A stretch of 64,000 nucleotides of DNA from assembly GCA_965222075.1 (NCBI GenBank), contig OZ244937.1, positions 4,704,001 through 4,768,000 of the forward strand, written 5' to 3'. Position 1 is the stretch's first letter. Each line of letters begins with the position of its first letter. Shown here piece after piece: positions 1-8,385 of the stretch. A program made the position numbers and the translations under genes. The notes under the pieces are model-generated. The model did no database searches. It saw only the letters and a program-made list of their open reading frames with translations, and had not been told where the DNA came from. Origin of the DNA: Candidatus Latescibacterota bacterium (lineage in GTDB: Bacteria; Latescibacterota; UBA2968; GCA-2709665).

Positions 1-45
1 CACGGCATCATCCGCGACTTCCGGCGGGGCGGCCAGAGGAGATAA
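1..45 (+). CDS. 3' end of an upstream CDS (partial, ...HGIIRDFRRGGQRR*)
   Basis: Open frame from base 1 to TAA at 43-45 with C-ending codons typical of the window, followed by a hairpin at 90-121. Confidence 0.45.
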   Translation, partial: HGIIRDFRRGGQRR

Positions 46-89
46 TTTCGGATCGGTAGATACCCGGGTCCGACAGTTCTTTTACTGAT

Positions 90-121
90 GGCCTTTTTCT
101 TGTTCGCCCAAGAAAAAGGCC
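90..121. terminator. Hairpin, possible terminator
   Basis: Perfect 13-bp inverted repeat GGCCTTTTTCTTG / CAAGAAAAAGGCC with a 6-nt loop. Confidence 0.45.
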
Positions 122-157
122 GAAAAAGAAGGGCGCCGCTCAAGCGCCGCGGGGGCT

Positions 158-355
158 GCTTTTCCGCGAATAGCCCCTGGGGTGAAAACGGAAGCTTCTG
201 CCCTGCGGACCTTTGGGGCGTTTCTGGGCGGTGGTGATGGACGGAACCGCGCGGAAAAGCCCCTTCCCCCCGGACCTTTGGGGCGTTTCTGGGCGGGGGA
301 GGCGAAACCGAACCTTCCCCCCGCCCCGAAGGCGGGGGAGGCGAAACCGAACCTT
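158..355. repeat. Intergenic mosaic of direct and inverted repeats
   Basis: 26-bp direct repeat at 206-231 and 271-296; 25-bp direct repeat at 292-316 and 331-355; 11-bp inverted repeat at 158-168 and 250-260. Confidence 0.8.
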
Positions 356-405
356 TTCGCTCGCGCTGGGGAACTCATCGGAAATTTTCAACTTCTGAGG
401 GATTC

Positions 406-771
406 ATGCCCTTCATCAACTGGAACGACATCCCCACCAACGAACTCGCCCCCGGCATCCGCATCCGGGCGCCTTATGGTGAAAACCTCATGATCTCCCA
501 CCTGGACATGGACGAGGGCGCCGTTGTCCCCCTCCACCACCACCCCCACGAGCAGGGCGGCATCCTCTTAGAGGGCCGGATGGAACTCACCATCGGTGAG
601 GAGACCCGTGTTGTCGAAAAGGGCGAAGCCTACCTCATTCCTCCCCACGTACCCCACCGCGCCGTGGCTCTGGACGGTCCTGCCGTGGCTCTGGATATTT
701 TCACTCCGGTCCGCGAGGACTACGTCGAACTCGGCAACCGCTACATCCCTCCTGCGGATGCCCGGAAATAA
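406..771 (+). CDS. Cupin domain protein (Cupin_2 / KdgF-like)
   Basis: Motifs [10 protein letters not shown] and IPPHVPH, followed by [10 protein letters not shown]; GAGG RBS. Confidence 0.9.
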   Translation: MPFINWNDIPTNELAPGIRIRAPYGENLMISHLDMDEGAVVPLHHHPHEQGGILLEGRMELTIGEETRVVEKGEAYLIPPHVPHRAVALDGPAVALDIFTPVREDYVELGNRYIPPADARK

Positions 772-774
772 AAA

Positions 775-805
775 ACGCTCCCGAAAAATGCATTCCCGGG
801 AGCGT
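775..805. terminator. Hairpin between convergent genes
   Basis: ACGCTCCCG / CGGGAGCGT inverted repeat preceded by an A-run. Confidence 0.55.
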
Positions 806-845
806 GTGTGTTTATCTCCGCCTGCCTGAAGTCAAAACCGCTTTT

Positions 846-3302
846 TCACTCCTCGGCAACCAGCCGCTCGATCTCCCGCTTAAAATTCTCGTACGATCGA
901 TATTGATCGTGTCCCGCCTGGCGGTAGCGGACGCCCCCTTTTTTATCCAGCACAAAAGTCGTTGGAATCATCTGAATGCGGAGCTTGCTGTGCAGATTCG
1001 CCTCGGCCGTATCGAAAACCTGGGGAAAAGACGTTAAATGCCGGTCCATCGCCACCTTCACAACCTCTCGATCGTTTTCCACACTGCCCATCCTTCCCAG
1101 CCGGGTGTGGATGCCGATTACTTCAACGGACTGGTCTTTATACCCTTTGTAAAGCCTGTCCAGTATCGGCATCTCCATAAAGCACGCCCCGCACCAGAAG
1201 GCCCAGAAATTCACAACCGCGACCTTGCCCTTCAAATCAGACAGGCTGATGGCCCTCCCCTCCAGGGTGTGCAGCGTAAAATCCGGAAACGGGAACTTGG
1301 GAATCGGCTTGTTGTCGATCTGAGGCTCCGGCAGCTTTTTTTCAAGCGCCTCGCGGAACCGGTCGTAGCCTTCGCCGGAGCCGTACTTACGTTCATACGT
1401 GCGTCGCATCCCCAACCAGATCTCGGAATGAAGCGGCTCCCGGTGGAGGCCCTGGGTATAATAGTCTATTGCCGTATCGAAATCACCTTTCCGCTCTTTT
1501 AGCTGTCCCAAATCCTTCAGCATTTCAAGCGACCACCACTTGCTCTTCACAAGATTACTCTGTGAAGGAAGGCTTTTGAAAGTGTAAAGCGCCCGCTCCA
1601 ATGCACGTTCGGCCTGGTTGTCCGCTCCCGTCAGTAAGTACAACTGACCCAGTGTCTGGAGGTACTGGAAACGGCGTTCCTCAATACGAGGCGGCGGAAT
1701 ATTGGGTTCTGATTCAATCGATTCAAGGGCTTTCCTGGCAAAATGAACTGCGGTTGATAAGTAACGCTTCGTCTCCTGTCCGGGTGGTATCATCATTCCG
1801 CCCAAAGATTGTGCAACCTGCCAGTACGCATGTGCGTGGGGGTTCCAGATTACGGCGCTGTCTACCATTGCATGGACGGTCGCACTGTCGGAAACGATGC
1901 AGTAGGCGTGCAGGGAGTGCAGAAAAGCGGTTCCGCGGTCAATATAGGTCGGGTATTCGTTCAACAGCTTTTCAAGCAACTCTACGGACCGCTGCGGGTC
2001 GTGCTGGGCACCCGTCGCCGCCATAGCCAACAACTTCTCCTCTTCCCTGGATTGTGTTATTTTCACCCCGGGAGGGTGGTGGTTGAAACGCCTTCTGGCT
2101 TGCCTGCGTGGATCGTGATCCAGGGTAAGGACCGTGAAATACCTTCCTCTGGGGAACTTTCCTTTGTTCAGCGTCACCGTATATTCGCCTGCCGGTTGTG
2201 GTCTGTACACCGGCATTGCAACGGCCATGCCTGGTCTGTCGTACACCTCCAGCTCAACGTGTGCGGACTCAGGAACCGTATAGGTAATCATAACCACCGA
2301 ATCCGTCGGTGCACCCGAAATTCCGAGCTTCGGCCTGGGCGTCTCGCTCCCGGCCTTCCGGGGCTTCCGCGCCTGTTGCGCACTGACCTGTAGCGCCGCA
2401 TCCTGCCCGGATACCTGCGCCTTGTCTCCGGCTCTTCGCCTCTCATCCCCTTCCAGTTCCAGCATCACTGTCGGTAGCCCTTCCGCTACCCTGAAGATGG
2501 TCGTCCGGCCGTACTGAATCACCGCGGAGATCCCCGTAAAATAAAGCGCCGTTCCCAGGGTCGCCGCGCCGAGCAGCCCCAGCGCCTTCCAGAGTGCGCC
2601 TGCCTTCAAAAAGCCGGACAGCCCTGCGCCCTGGGGCACCGATGGCAAAAAGAATGGCCCTGGCAGCGCAGCCATTACCTTTCGCGTCAGCTCAGATGTC
2701 GGTCGCTGCGCCTTCAGCGTCTCCTCTACAACCGGCCGCAGTTCTTCTCGAAGCTGATCCCGGGCCACCTGCAGCCTGCCGAGCACCGTAGTTTCCGGAA
2801 CCTCAAGCAACCCGGCGATCTCCCTGTACGTCATCCCCTCCATATAGTGCAGCAGCACGGCCTCCCGGTGCTTCTCCGAAAGTGCTTCAACCGCCCCAAG
2901 CACCCGGTTCCGCATCTCTTCCACCTCGTAAAGACTGTCCGGGGCCTGGGGCAGACGGACAAATGTCTCCGGCAGGATCTCGCTCTGAAGGGCCGCTTCC
3001 TCCGAACGGTCTAAATTGTCAATCGGCACGTCCGGCTTGCGTTTCTGAATCCACTTATTGGAAAGATTCACCGCAATACCCCGGACCCAGGCCGGAAACT
3101 TTCCCGGGTCCTTCAACGATTTCAGATGCAGATAGGCCTCTACAAAGGTCTCCTGGACAAGGTCCTCTGCTGAGGCAAAATTGCCCGTCTTTCCCACCAC
3201 CAGGGCATACACCGCCCCCTTATGCCGCTCGACAAGCGCTTCAAATGCGTCTTCATCGCCCGACAGAACTTGCCGGACCAGTGTGCCGTCAGCCCCGGTC
3301 AT
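846..3302 (-). CDS. ECF sigma-70 factor fused to TM helix, Ig-like (FlgD/T9SS-CTD-like) domain, TPRs and C-terminal TlpA/ResA-like thioredoxin
   Basis: Region 2 (AEDLVQETFVEAY...FPAWVRGIA); region 4 (REAVLLHYMEGMTYREIA); hydrophobic ALGLLGAATLGTALYF; ITYTVP..VELEVYD; TPR helices; NFWAFWCGAC and IPTTFVLDKKG. Confidence 0.85.
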   Translation of the reverse strand: MTGADGTLVRQVLSGDEDAFEALVERHKGAVYALVVGKTGNFASAEDLVQETFVEAYLHLKSLKDPGKFPAWVRGIAVNLSNKWIQKRKPDVPIDNLDRSEEAALQSEILPETFVRLPQAPDSLYEVEEMRNRVLGAVEALSEKHREAVLLHYMEGMTYREIAGLLEVPETTVLGRLQVARDQLREELRPVVEETLKAQRPTSELTRKVMAALPGPFFLPSVPQGAGLSGFLKAGALWKALGLLGAATLGTALYFTGISAVIQYGRTTIFRVAEGLPTVMLELEGDERRRAGDKAQVSGQDAALQVSAQQARKPRKAGSETPRPKLGISGAPTDSVVMITYTVPESAHVELEVYDRPGMAVAMPVYRPQPAGEYTVTLNKGKFPRGRYFTVLTLDHDPRRQARRRFNHHPPGVKITQSREEEKLLAMAATGAQHDPQRSVELLEKLLNEYPTYIDRGTAFLHSLHAYCIVSDSATVHAMVDSAVIWNPHAHAYWQVAQSLGGMMIPPGQETKRYLSTAVHFARKALESIESEPNIPPPRIEERRFQYLQTLGQLYLLTGADNQAERALERALYTFKSLPSQSNLVKSKWWSLEMLKDLGQLKERKGDFDTAIDYYTQGLHREPLHSEIWLGMRRTYERKYGSGEGYDRFREALEKKLPEPQIDNKPIPKFPFPDFTLHTLEGRAISLSDLKGKVAVVNFWAFWCGACFMEMPILDRLYKGYKDQSVEVIGIHTRLGRMGSVENDREVVKVAMDRHLTSFPQVFDTAEANLHSKLRIQMIPTTFVLDKKGGVRYRQAGHDQYRSYENFKREIERLVAEE

Positions 3303-3481
3303 AAGCGCTCCGCCTTTCAGGGGTAGGGTTCAAATCCGCTCCTGCATTGCTCCATTCCCAACTTCTACATGATAGTGACGCCAGAGGCCAAATCCTAAAA
3401 AAATAACCCTTCCAGCGGGGAAGAGCGCGCATCGCCCTGGATGTTGTACCGGCTGAAGCCGGAGGTAAAACCCGTTTTTTC

Positions 3482-3510
3482 TTGACACATCCTCCTTTGA
3501 AACCTATTTT
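3482..3510 (+). promoter_or_regulatory. sigma70-type promoter of the pheST leader
   Basis: TTGACA-N17-TATTTT directly upstream of the T-box leader; the same hexamers precede tRNA-Thr. Confidence 0.75.
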
Positions 3511-3517
3511 TTCTTTA

Positions 3518-3843
3518 AAGCTGTGACGGAGGAAAGTACGCTGTCCCCGGCCGGACAGGGAGGGGGCGCCCCGGATTGAGAGCGTCCCTGCGGTATGAGC
3601 AGTGGAAGTTCCCTCCCGAGCTGCAAGGCTGAATGCAATTTCAGTCCCGGGTCACCCCCGGTTTGTACCCGGTTTTGACTCGCGCCTGTCTTTGTTATTA
3701 GGCCACGCCGGTTGCTCTCGCCGTAAAAAGAGAGGGGCAGTACTGGCTGTCCGCAAAGCGGCGCTCCACCGGGGCGCAAATAGGGTGGTACCGCGGAAGG
3801 AAACAAACCCTTTCGTCCCTAAGCTGGATGAAAGGGTCTTTTT
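3518..3843 (+). promoter_or_regulatory. T-box riboswitch (Phe-specific, transcription attenuation)
   Basis: Stem I GA/AGTA start (GCTGTGACGGAGGAAAGTA); GGATTGAGAG apical motif; specifier GAAG-TTC with Phe codon at 3609-3611; T-box AAATAGGGTGGTACCGCG at 3778-3795; terminator CCCTTTCGTCC/GGATGAAAGGG + U-tract at 3808-3843. Confidence 0.92.
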
Positions 3844-3916
3844 ATGTTTAGAAGCTGTTCATCGGTCGTGGCAGGGAAGTGACTGCCACACCCACTCATC
3901 AACCGGAGATCCCACG

Positions 3917-5482
3917 TTGCAGCAAAACACCCGAATCGACCTGGCGTCTCTCCACGCCCTCGAAATCCGCACCCTCCGCGCCTACCGGGACCGGAAGGAC
4001 GCCGACTGTTCCGATGCCGCCCTCTTGGAAGCGTCGGGCCTTGGTCCCGGCCAGCTCCGGCGGGCCGTCGAATGGCTGCTCTCCAAAGGCCTCCTGGAGG
4101 TCGGTGCCGAAAAGACCGTCGCGGCCGTATCGCTCACCGAACGGGGCGTTGACTGCGTAGAAAAAGGCGCAACCCCCGAAACCGCCCTCGTCTCCCGTGC
4201 CGCAGAAGGGCCTGCGCCCACCCTCAAAGAACTCCAGGCGGACACCCAATTCGACCGGGGCGAATGGGGCAGCGCCTTTGGCGGCCTCAAGGGGGAAGGC
4301 GTCATTCAACTCGAAGGGGAAACCATCCGGATCGCCGATGCGGACAAAGCCGCCTTTTACAAAGACCGGCTCATCCCCGAACTCTTCGGACGCTTTCCGG
4401 ACCCCGGCCAAACGGTCCTCCTCGCCGACCTCCCACAGGATATCCAGGCCTACGTTCAGGACCGCACCCGCAAACGGGGCAAGGGCAGGGGCCCCGTTCG
4501 CCTGGACGAACACCTGGAGCGGGCCTACCGCCTCACCCCATCGGGCGTCCGGACCCTGTGCAGCGTCATAGAGGCGAACCTCACCGGCGAAGAGGTCTCC
4601 CGCCTCACTCCCGACCTGCTCCAGAACGGCTCCTGGAAAGGCGTCACCTTTCGCCGCTACGACCTCTCCCTAAAGCCTCCGCGGGTGCTCATCGGGCGGC
4701 ACCACGCCTACCGGAACTACTTAGACGGCGTGCGCCGCAAGCTCCTCGCCCTCGGCTTCGAGGAAATGAAAGGCCCCTTCGTCGAAACCGAATTCTGGAA
4801 CATGGACGCCCTCTTCATGCCCCAGTTTCACTCCGCCCGGGACATCCACGATGCCTACTACATCAAAAATCCCACACATTCCAGAACCCCGGAAGAGCCT
4901 TACTTCACCCGGGTCGGCGGTGTCCACACCAGCGGCGGAGACACCGGCTCCCGCGGCTGGCGCTACCCCTTCGACCCCGACCGCTCCCGGCGTCTGGTCC
5001 TCCGTACCCAGGGAACCGCCCTCTCGGCGCGAACCCTGGCATCGGCCCCCAATATCCCGGGCAAATACTTCGCCATCGCCCGCTGCTTCCGTCCCGACGA
5101 CGTGGACGCCACCCACGCCGCCGATTTCTTCCAGGTCGAAGGCATCGTCCTGGGCGTCAACATCAACTTCCGTAGCCTGTTGGGCCTGCTCAAACTCTTC
5201 GCCCTGGAAATCGCCCAGTCCGATGACGTGCGCTACGTGCCCGACTACTTCCCCTTCACCGAACCCTCGGTGGAGCTCCAGGCGCAGCACCCCACCCTCG
5301 GCTGGATCGAACTGGGCGGCGCCGGCCTCTTCCGCCCCGAGGTCACGCATCCCCTCGGCGTCGAAGTGCCCGTCATCGCCTGGGGCCTCGGCGTAGACCG
5401 GATGGCCATGGTCGCCCTGGGAATCGACGATATCCGGGACCTCTTCAGCGCCGATTTAGACTTTATTCGCAACGAAAGGTAG
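3917..5482 (+). CDS. pheS: Phenylalanine--tRNA ligase alpha subunit, archaeal/spirochaete type
   Basis: FWNMDALFMPQFHSARDIHD, RCFRPD, FFQVEG, YFPFTEPS, GAGLFRPEV and AWGLGVDR; long winged-helix-like N-terminus; TTG start with GGAG RBS downstream of the T-box terminator. Confidence 0.95.
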   Translation: MQQNTRIDLASLHALEIRTLRAYRDRKDADCSDAALLEASGLGPGQLRRAVEWLLSKGLLEVGAEKTVAAVSLTERGVDCVEKGATPETALVSRAAEGPAPTLKELQADTQFDRGEWGSAFGGLKGEGVIQLEGETIRIADADKAAFYKDRLIPELFGRFPDPGQTVLLADLPQDIQAYVQDRTRKRGKGRGPVRLDEHLERAYRLTPSGVRTLCSVIEANLTGEEVSRLTPDLLQNGSWKGVTFRRYDLSLKPPRVLIGRHHAYRNYLDGVRRKLLALGFEEMKGPFVETEFWNMDALFMPQFHSARDIHDAYYIKNPTHSRTPEEPYFTRVGGVHTSGGDTGSRGWRYPFDPDRSRRLVLRTQGTALSARTLASAPNIPGKYFAIARCFRPDDVDATHAADFFQVEGIVLGVNINFRSLLGLLKLFALEIAQSDDVRYVPDYFPFTEPSVELQAQHPTLGWIELGGAGLFRPEVTHPLGVEVPVIAWGLGVDRMAMVALGIDDIRDLFSADLDFIRNER

Positions 5483-5491
5483 AGGAGGCCC

Positions 5492-7168
5492 ATGCCCACC
5501 ATCACCGTCATCAAAAGCGACCTGGAACGCCTGGCCGGGCAGTCTTACACCCTCTCCGAACTCGAAGAGGCCCTGGAAACCGCAAAGGCCGAGGTCAAAG
5601 TGGAGGACGAAGACCGGCTCCGGGTGCAGCTCAAAGACACCAATCGGCCCGACCTCTGGTCTTCCGAAGGCCTGGCCCGGCTCCTGAAGGGCTGCCGTGA
5701 GGGCCGACACGACCCCTACCCCTTCTTTGGCGCGGACGAAGCCAGCGGCGAAGTCCACGTCGACCCCGCCCTCAGAGGCATCCGTCCCTACATCGCCGCA
5801 TTTACCTGTCGGGACATCCGGGTGGACGGAGCCGCGCTGGAGCAGCTCATCGAAGCCCAGGAGAAACTGGCCGACAACTACGGCAGGGGCCGCAGTGCCG
5901 TGGCCATCGGCATCTACGACGCCTCCGACATCCTCTTTCCGGTCCGCTACGACGCGGTCGATCCCACGACGACCCGCTTTGTCCCCCTCGAAAGCGATGT
6001 GGAAATGGACCTGAACCGGATTCTTCGCGAACATCCCACCGGAAAGACCTACGCCCACCTCTTAAGCGGCTTCGAAAAATTCCCCCTCATTCGAGACAGC
6101 CGGGGTGAAGTCCTCTCTATGCCCCCCATCATCAACAGCCAGTCCCTCGGCCGCGTGGAAGTGGGCGACACCTTCCTCTTCTGCGAGGCCACCGGCACCC
6201 GGCTCGACACCATCCTGCTCGCCACCGCCATCATGGCCGCCAACATGGCCGACCGGGGTGGCGTCATCGGCCCCGTCGCTGTTCAATACCCCTACGACAC
6301 CCCCCGGGGCCGCAAGGTCCGCTGCCCGGTTGATCTCACCGAACCGGTTGAGGTCGACCTTTCTGACATCCATAAAATCGCGGGCGTCGAACTGGATCCC
6401 AACCGCATCGCCGACGCCCTCCGCGCCATGGGATACCGCGAGGTCACCCTGAAAAGGGAAAAGGTCCACGCGAGGCCCGCGCCTTACCGGGACGACATCC
6501 TCCACGCGGTGGACCTGGCAGAAGACGTGGTGGTCTGCATCGGCTACGACGCCTTTGAACCCGAAATGCCGCGCGACTTCACCATCGGCAAGGCCGCGCC
6601 CGAAGAGGACCTGTCCGACCGCATCCGCAACCTGATGGTTGGCTGCGGATTCCAGGAAGCCTTCCTTCCCATCCTCAGTTCCCACAACGATCTCACCGCC
6701 CGCATGCGCAATCCCGACGCGCCCATCCTGGAAATCGAAAATCCGATGTCGGAATACTACAGCGCCGTAAGATACTCCCTCCTGCCCGGCCTGCTCCATA
6801 TAGAGGGCGTCAGCCGGCGGGCCATCTACCCCCACCGGGTTTTCGAAGTTGGCGAAGTCGCCGTTCTCGCCCCGGAAGAAAACTACGGCTCCCGTACCCA
6901 AATCCACTTAGCCGCCCTGGAGGCAAACGCAGAGGCCAACCTCTCCGGTATCCAGAGTTCCCTGGAGGCCGTCGCCTACTACCTGGATGTCGACTACACC
7001 CTCACCCCGGCCGAGCACCCCACCTTCCTGCCCGGCCGGGCCGGCGAAATCCGCAAAAACGGCCGGGCCTTCGGCGTCATCGGCGAAATCCACCCCGAAG
7101 TCCTGGAAACCTGGGGCATCGCCGTGCCCGTCAGCGCCTTCGAGGTCAACATCGACATCGCGGAATAA
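5492..7168 (+). CDS. pheT: Phenylalanine--tRNA ligase beta subunit, archaeal/eukaryote type (short)
   Basis: MPTI start, NRPDLWS.EGLAR, LSMPPIINS, RDDILHAVDLAEDV and IGEIHPEVL; 558 aa, lacking the bacterial B2 and B8 domains. Confidence 0.95.
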   Translation: MPTITVIKSDLERLAGQSYTLSELEEALETAKAEVKVEDEDRLRVQLKDTNRPDLWSSEGLARLLKGCREGRHDPYPFFGADEASGEVHVDPALRGIRPYIAAFTCRDIRVDGAALEQLIEAQEKLADNYGRGRSAVAIGIYDASDILFPVRYDAVDPTTTRFVPLESDVEMDLNRILREHPTGKTYAHLLSGFEKFPLIRDSRGEVLSMPPIINSQSLGRVEVGDTFLFCEATGTRLDTILLATAIMAANMADRGGVIGPVAVQYPYDTPRGRKVRCPVDLTEPVEVDLSDIHKIAGVELDPNRIADALRAMGYREVTLKREKVHARPAPYRDDILHAVDLAEDVVVCIGYDAFEPEMPRDFTIGKAAPEEDLSDRIRNLMVGCGFQEAFLPILSSHNDLTARMRNPDAPILEIENPMSEYYSAVRYSLLPGLLHIEGVSRRAIYPHRVFEVGEVAVLAPEENYGSRTQIHLAALEANAEANLSGIQSSLEAVAYYLDVDYTLTPAEHPTFLPGRAGEIRKNGRAFGVIGEIHPEVLETWGIAVPVSAFEVNIDIAE

Positions 7169-7221
7169 GTTATGGGAGAGCGAATAGGGAAGGAAAAGCT
7201 GGCGGTGAATCGGTAAGCCAT

Positions 7222-7341
7222 TCAGGGCAGGTGTTCCAGGTCGTCCAGATCTTTATATCCACCAATCAGCAGGTACTCAACACCCCGGGCGTTGAGCAAT
7301 CTCAAGAACTCTTTGAAGTCGGGCGGTAGCTTTAGGTCCAT
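7222..7341 (-). pseudogene. Internally deleted nucleotidyltransferase (MNT/DUF6036-like) remnant
   Basis: Translates as MDLKLPPDFKEFLRLLNARGVEYLLIGGY joined directly to KDLDDLEHLP*, which resemble the N- and C-termini of this family. Confidence 0.7.
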
Positions 7342-7492
7342 AGTTTATCCGGCGTAAGGCCTCGATATGGCGCAGGCGTTCTTGAGGAGTTCGCGCAAGC
7401 CAGTAGACTTTTTCGTCTGAGTTATCAAAGAGAGGCGCAATCGAAAAGGCCGTCTTATCTATTTTGAGAGCCGATGAAGAGGTTGGGAGCAT
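7277..7492 (-). CDS. Small protein typically paired with nucleotidyltransferases (putative TA partner)
   Basis: YWLARTPQERL...LRRINYG...RLQRVLEI motif; overlaps the start of the NTase remnant. Confidence 0.65.
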   Translation of the reverse strand: MLPTSSSALKIDKTAFSIAPLFDNSDEKVYWLARTPQERLRHIEALRRINYGPKATARLQRVLEIAQRPGC

Positions 7493-7613
7493 TTGGTCAC
7501 CTTCCTGTAATATTCGGTCCTCCGGATTGCCGTGAAATTTTCCGTAAAATGGAGTCAGCACCCGATTTTTAGAGGTCTTTTTTTTTAGAGCGTTCGAGAA
7601 GATTTTTGGAAGA

Positions 7614-7973
7614 CTATCTGTAAGAAATGCCCAGTCGGACCGCGGCCGCTTTTAATTTCCTGTCTGAAGTCCATAAGAATATGTTCGACAATCGGGCAGA
7701 AGCCAGAAGGTGTACATCGATCAGTCCGATGCCGACGCCTGTTAATCCGTTGTGTTCAATGAAATACAAGATTTCCTGCTGGTCCGCCGTAGAAGCCTGC
7801 GGAAGCGCCTGAAGTAAAGAGAGAAATTCCTGTCTGTTGCGGATGTTTCCGCAGGCCAGTTCACCGACGATAAAAGGATGGCACACCACTTCCGCTTCTT
7901 GCAGCAACGCCCGAAAGTGGGTGTTTCCCTCTCTGAGGTAGGAGACCCATATTGACGTGTCAACAAGGACCAT
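7614..7973 (-). CDS. vapC: PIN-domain toxin (VapC)
   Basis: VLVDTSIW, HPFIVGELACG, IGLIDVHLLASA and WTSDRKL. Confidence 0.92.
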   Translation of the reverse strand: MVLVDTSIWVSYLREGNTHFRALLQEAEVVCHPFIVGELACGNIRNRQEFLSLLQALPQASTADQQEILYFIEHNGLTGVGIGLIDVHLLASARLSNIFLWTSDRKLKAAAVRLGISYR

Positions 7974-7975
7974 GA

Positions 7976-8173
7976 CTATCCGACTCTGGACCGTCGCCTC
8001 GGGACAGGTCGGAGCCTTTTTTCCTGGCCTTCAAGCTCTGCGAGTCTTTTGCTGCTTTCGCGGGCAATCAAAGCTTCAAGGCCAAGCCTGACCAGGGCGG
8101 TTTTCTCGTTGATACCGGTCAAACTGGATGCTTTGTGCAGCAGGGCATCATCTATATTCAGTGTTGTTCTCAT
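7976..8173 (-). CDS. vapB: VapB-family antitoxin
   Basis: MRTTLNIDDALL...EKTALVRLGLEALIARES; immediately upstream of vapC. Confidence 0.9.
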   Translation of the reverse strand: MRTTLNIDDALLHKASSLTGINEKTALVRLGLEALIARESSKRLAELEGQEKRLRPVPRRRSRVG

Positions 8174-8180
8174 ATGTATC

Positions 8181-8209
8181 AATATGCATTGATTATGCAT
8201 ATTTGTCAA
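8181..8209 (-). promoter_or_regulatory. vapBC promoter with palindromic operator
   Basis: Minus strand reads TTGACA-N17-CATATT, overlapped by the perfect inverted repeat AATATGCAT-N5-ATGCATATT; the ATG lies about 7 nt after the -10. Confidence 0.7.
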
Positions 8210-8233
8210 GAGGTATTTCGTGTTTGTAAAAGA

Positions 8234-8258
8234 GACCCTCCGCATCTTGCGGAGGGTC
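8234..8258 (-). terminator. Rho-independent terminator
   Basis: GACCCTCCGCA/TGCGGAGGGTC 11-bp stem followed by TCTTTT on the minus strand. Confidence 0.75.
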
Positions 8259-8385
8259 GCAGTATGATACCGCCTATTGGACTCTCAGGTCAACCAACTA
8301 CTGATAATCCGGGAAGGACATAGGAAAGCCTACAGGCAAAGATCGGGGTGTCCACTCTTATACCTTACCGCCTCGCTAACAGGCT

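Noticed and set aside
206-355. Possible mini CRISPR array
   Set aside because: Two different repeats with two copies each, irregular spacing, and no cas genes in the window.
3602-3916. 105-aa N-terminal extension of PheS in the ORF track
   Set aside because: It runs through the T-box and terminator; the RBS-supported TTG at 3917 is the better start.
8259-8385. Possible sRNA or riboswitch between the S66 gene and its terminator
   Set aside because: No recognisable family motif; it is adequately explained as a 3' UTR.
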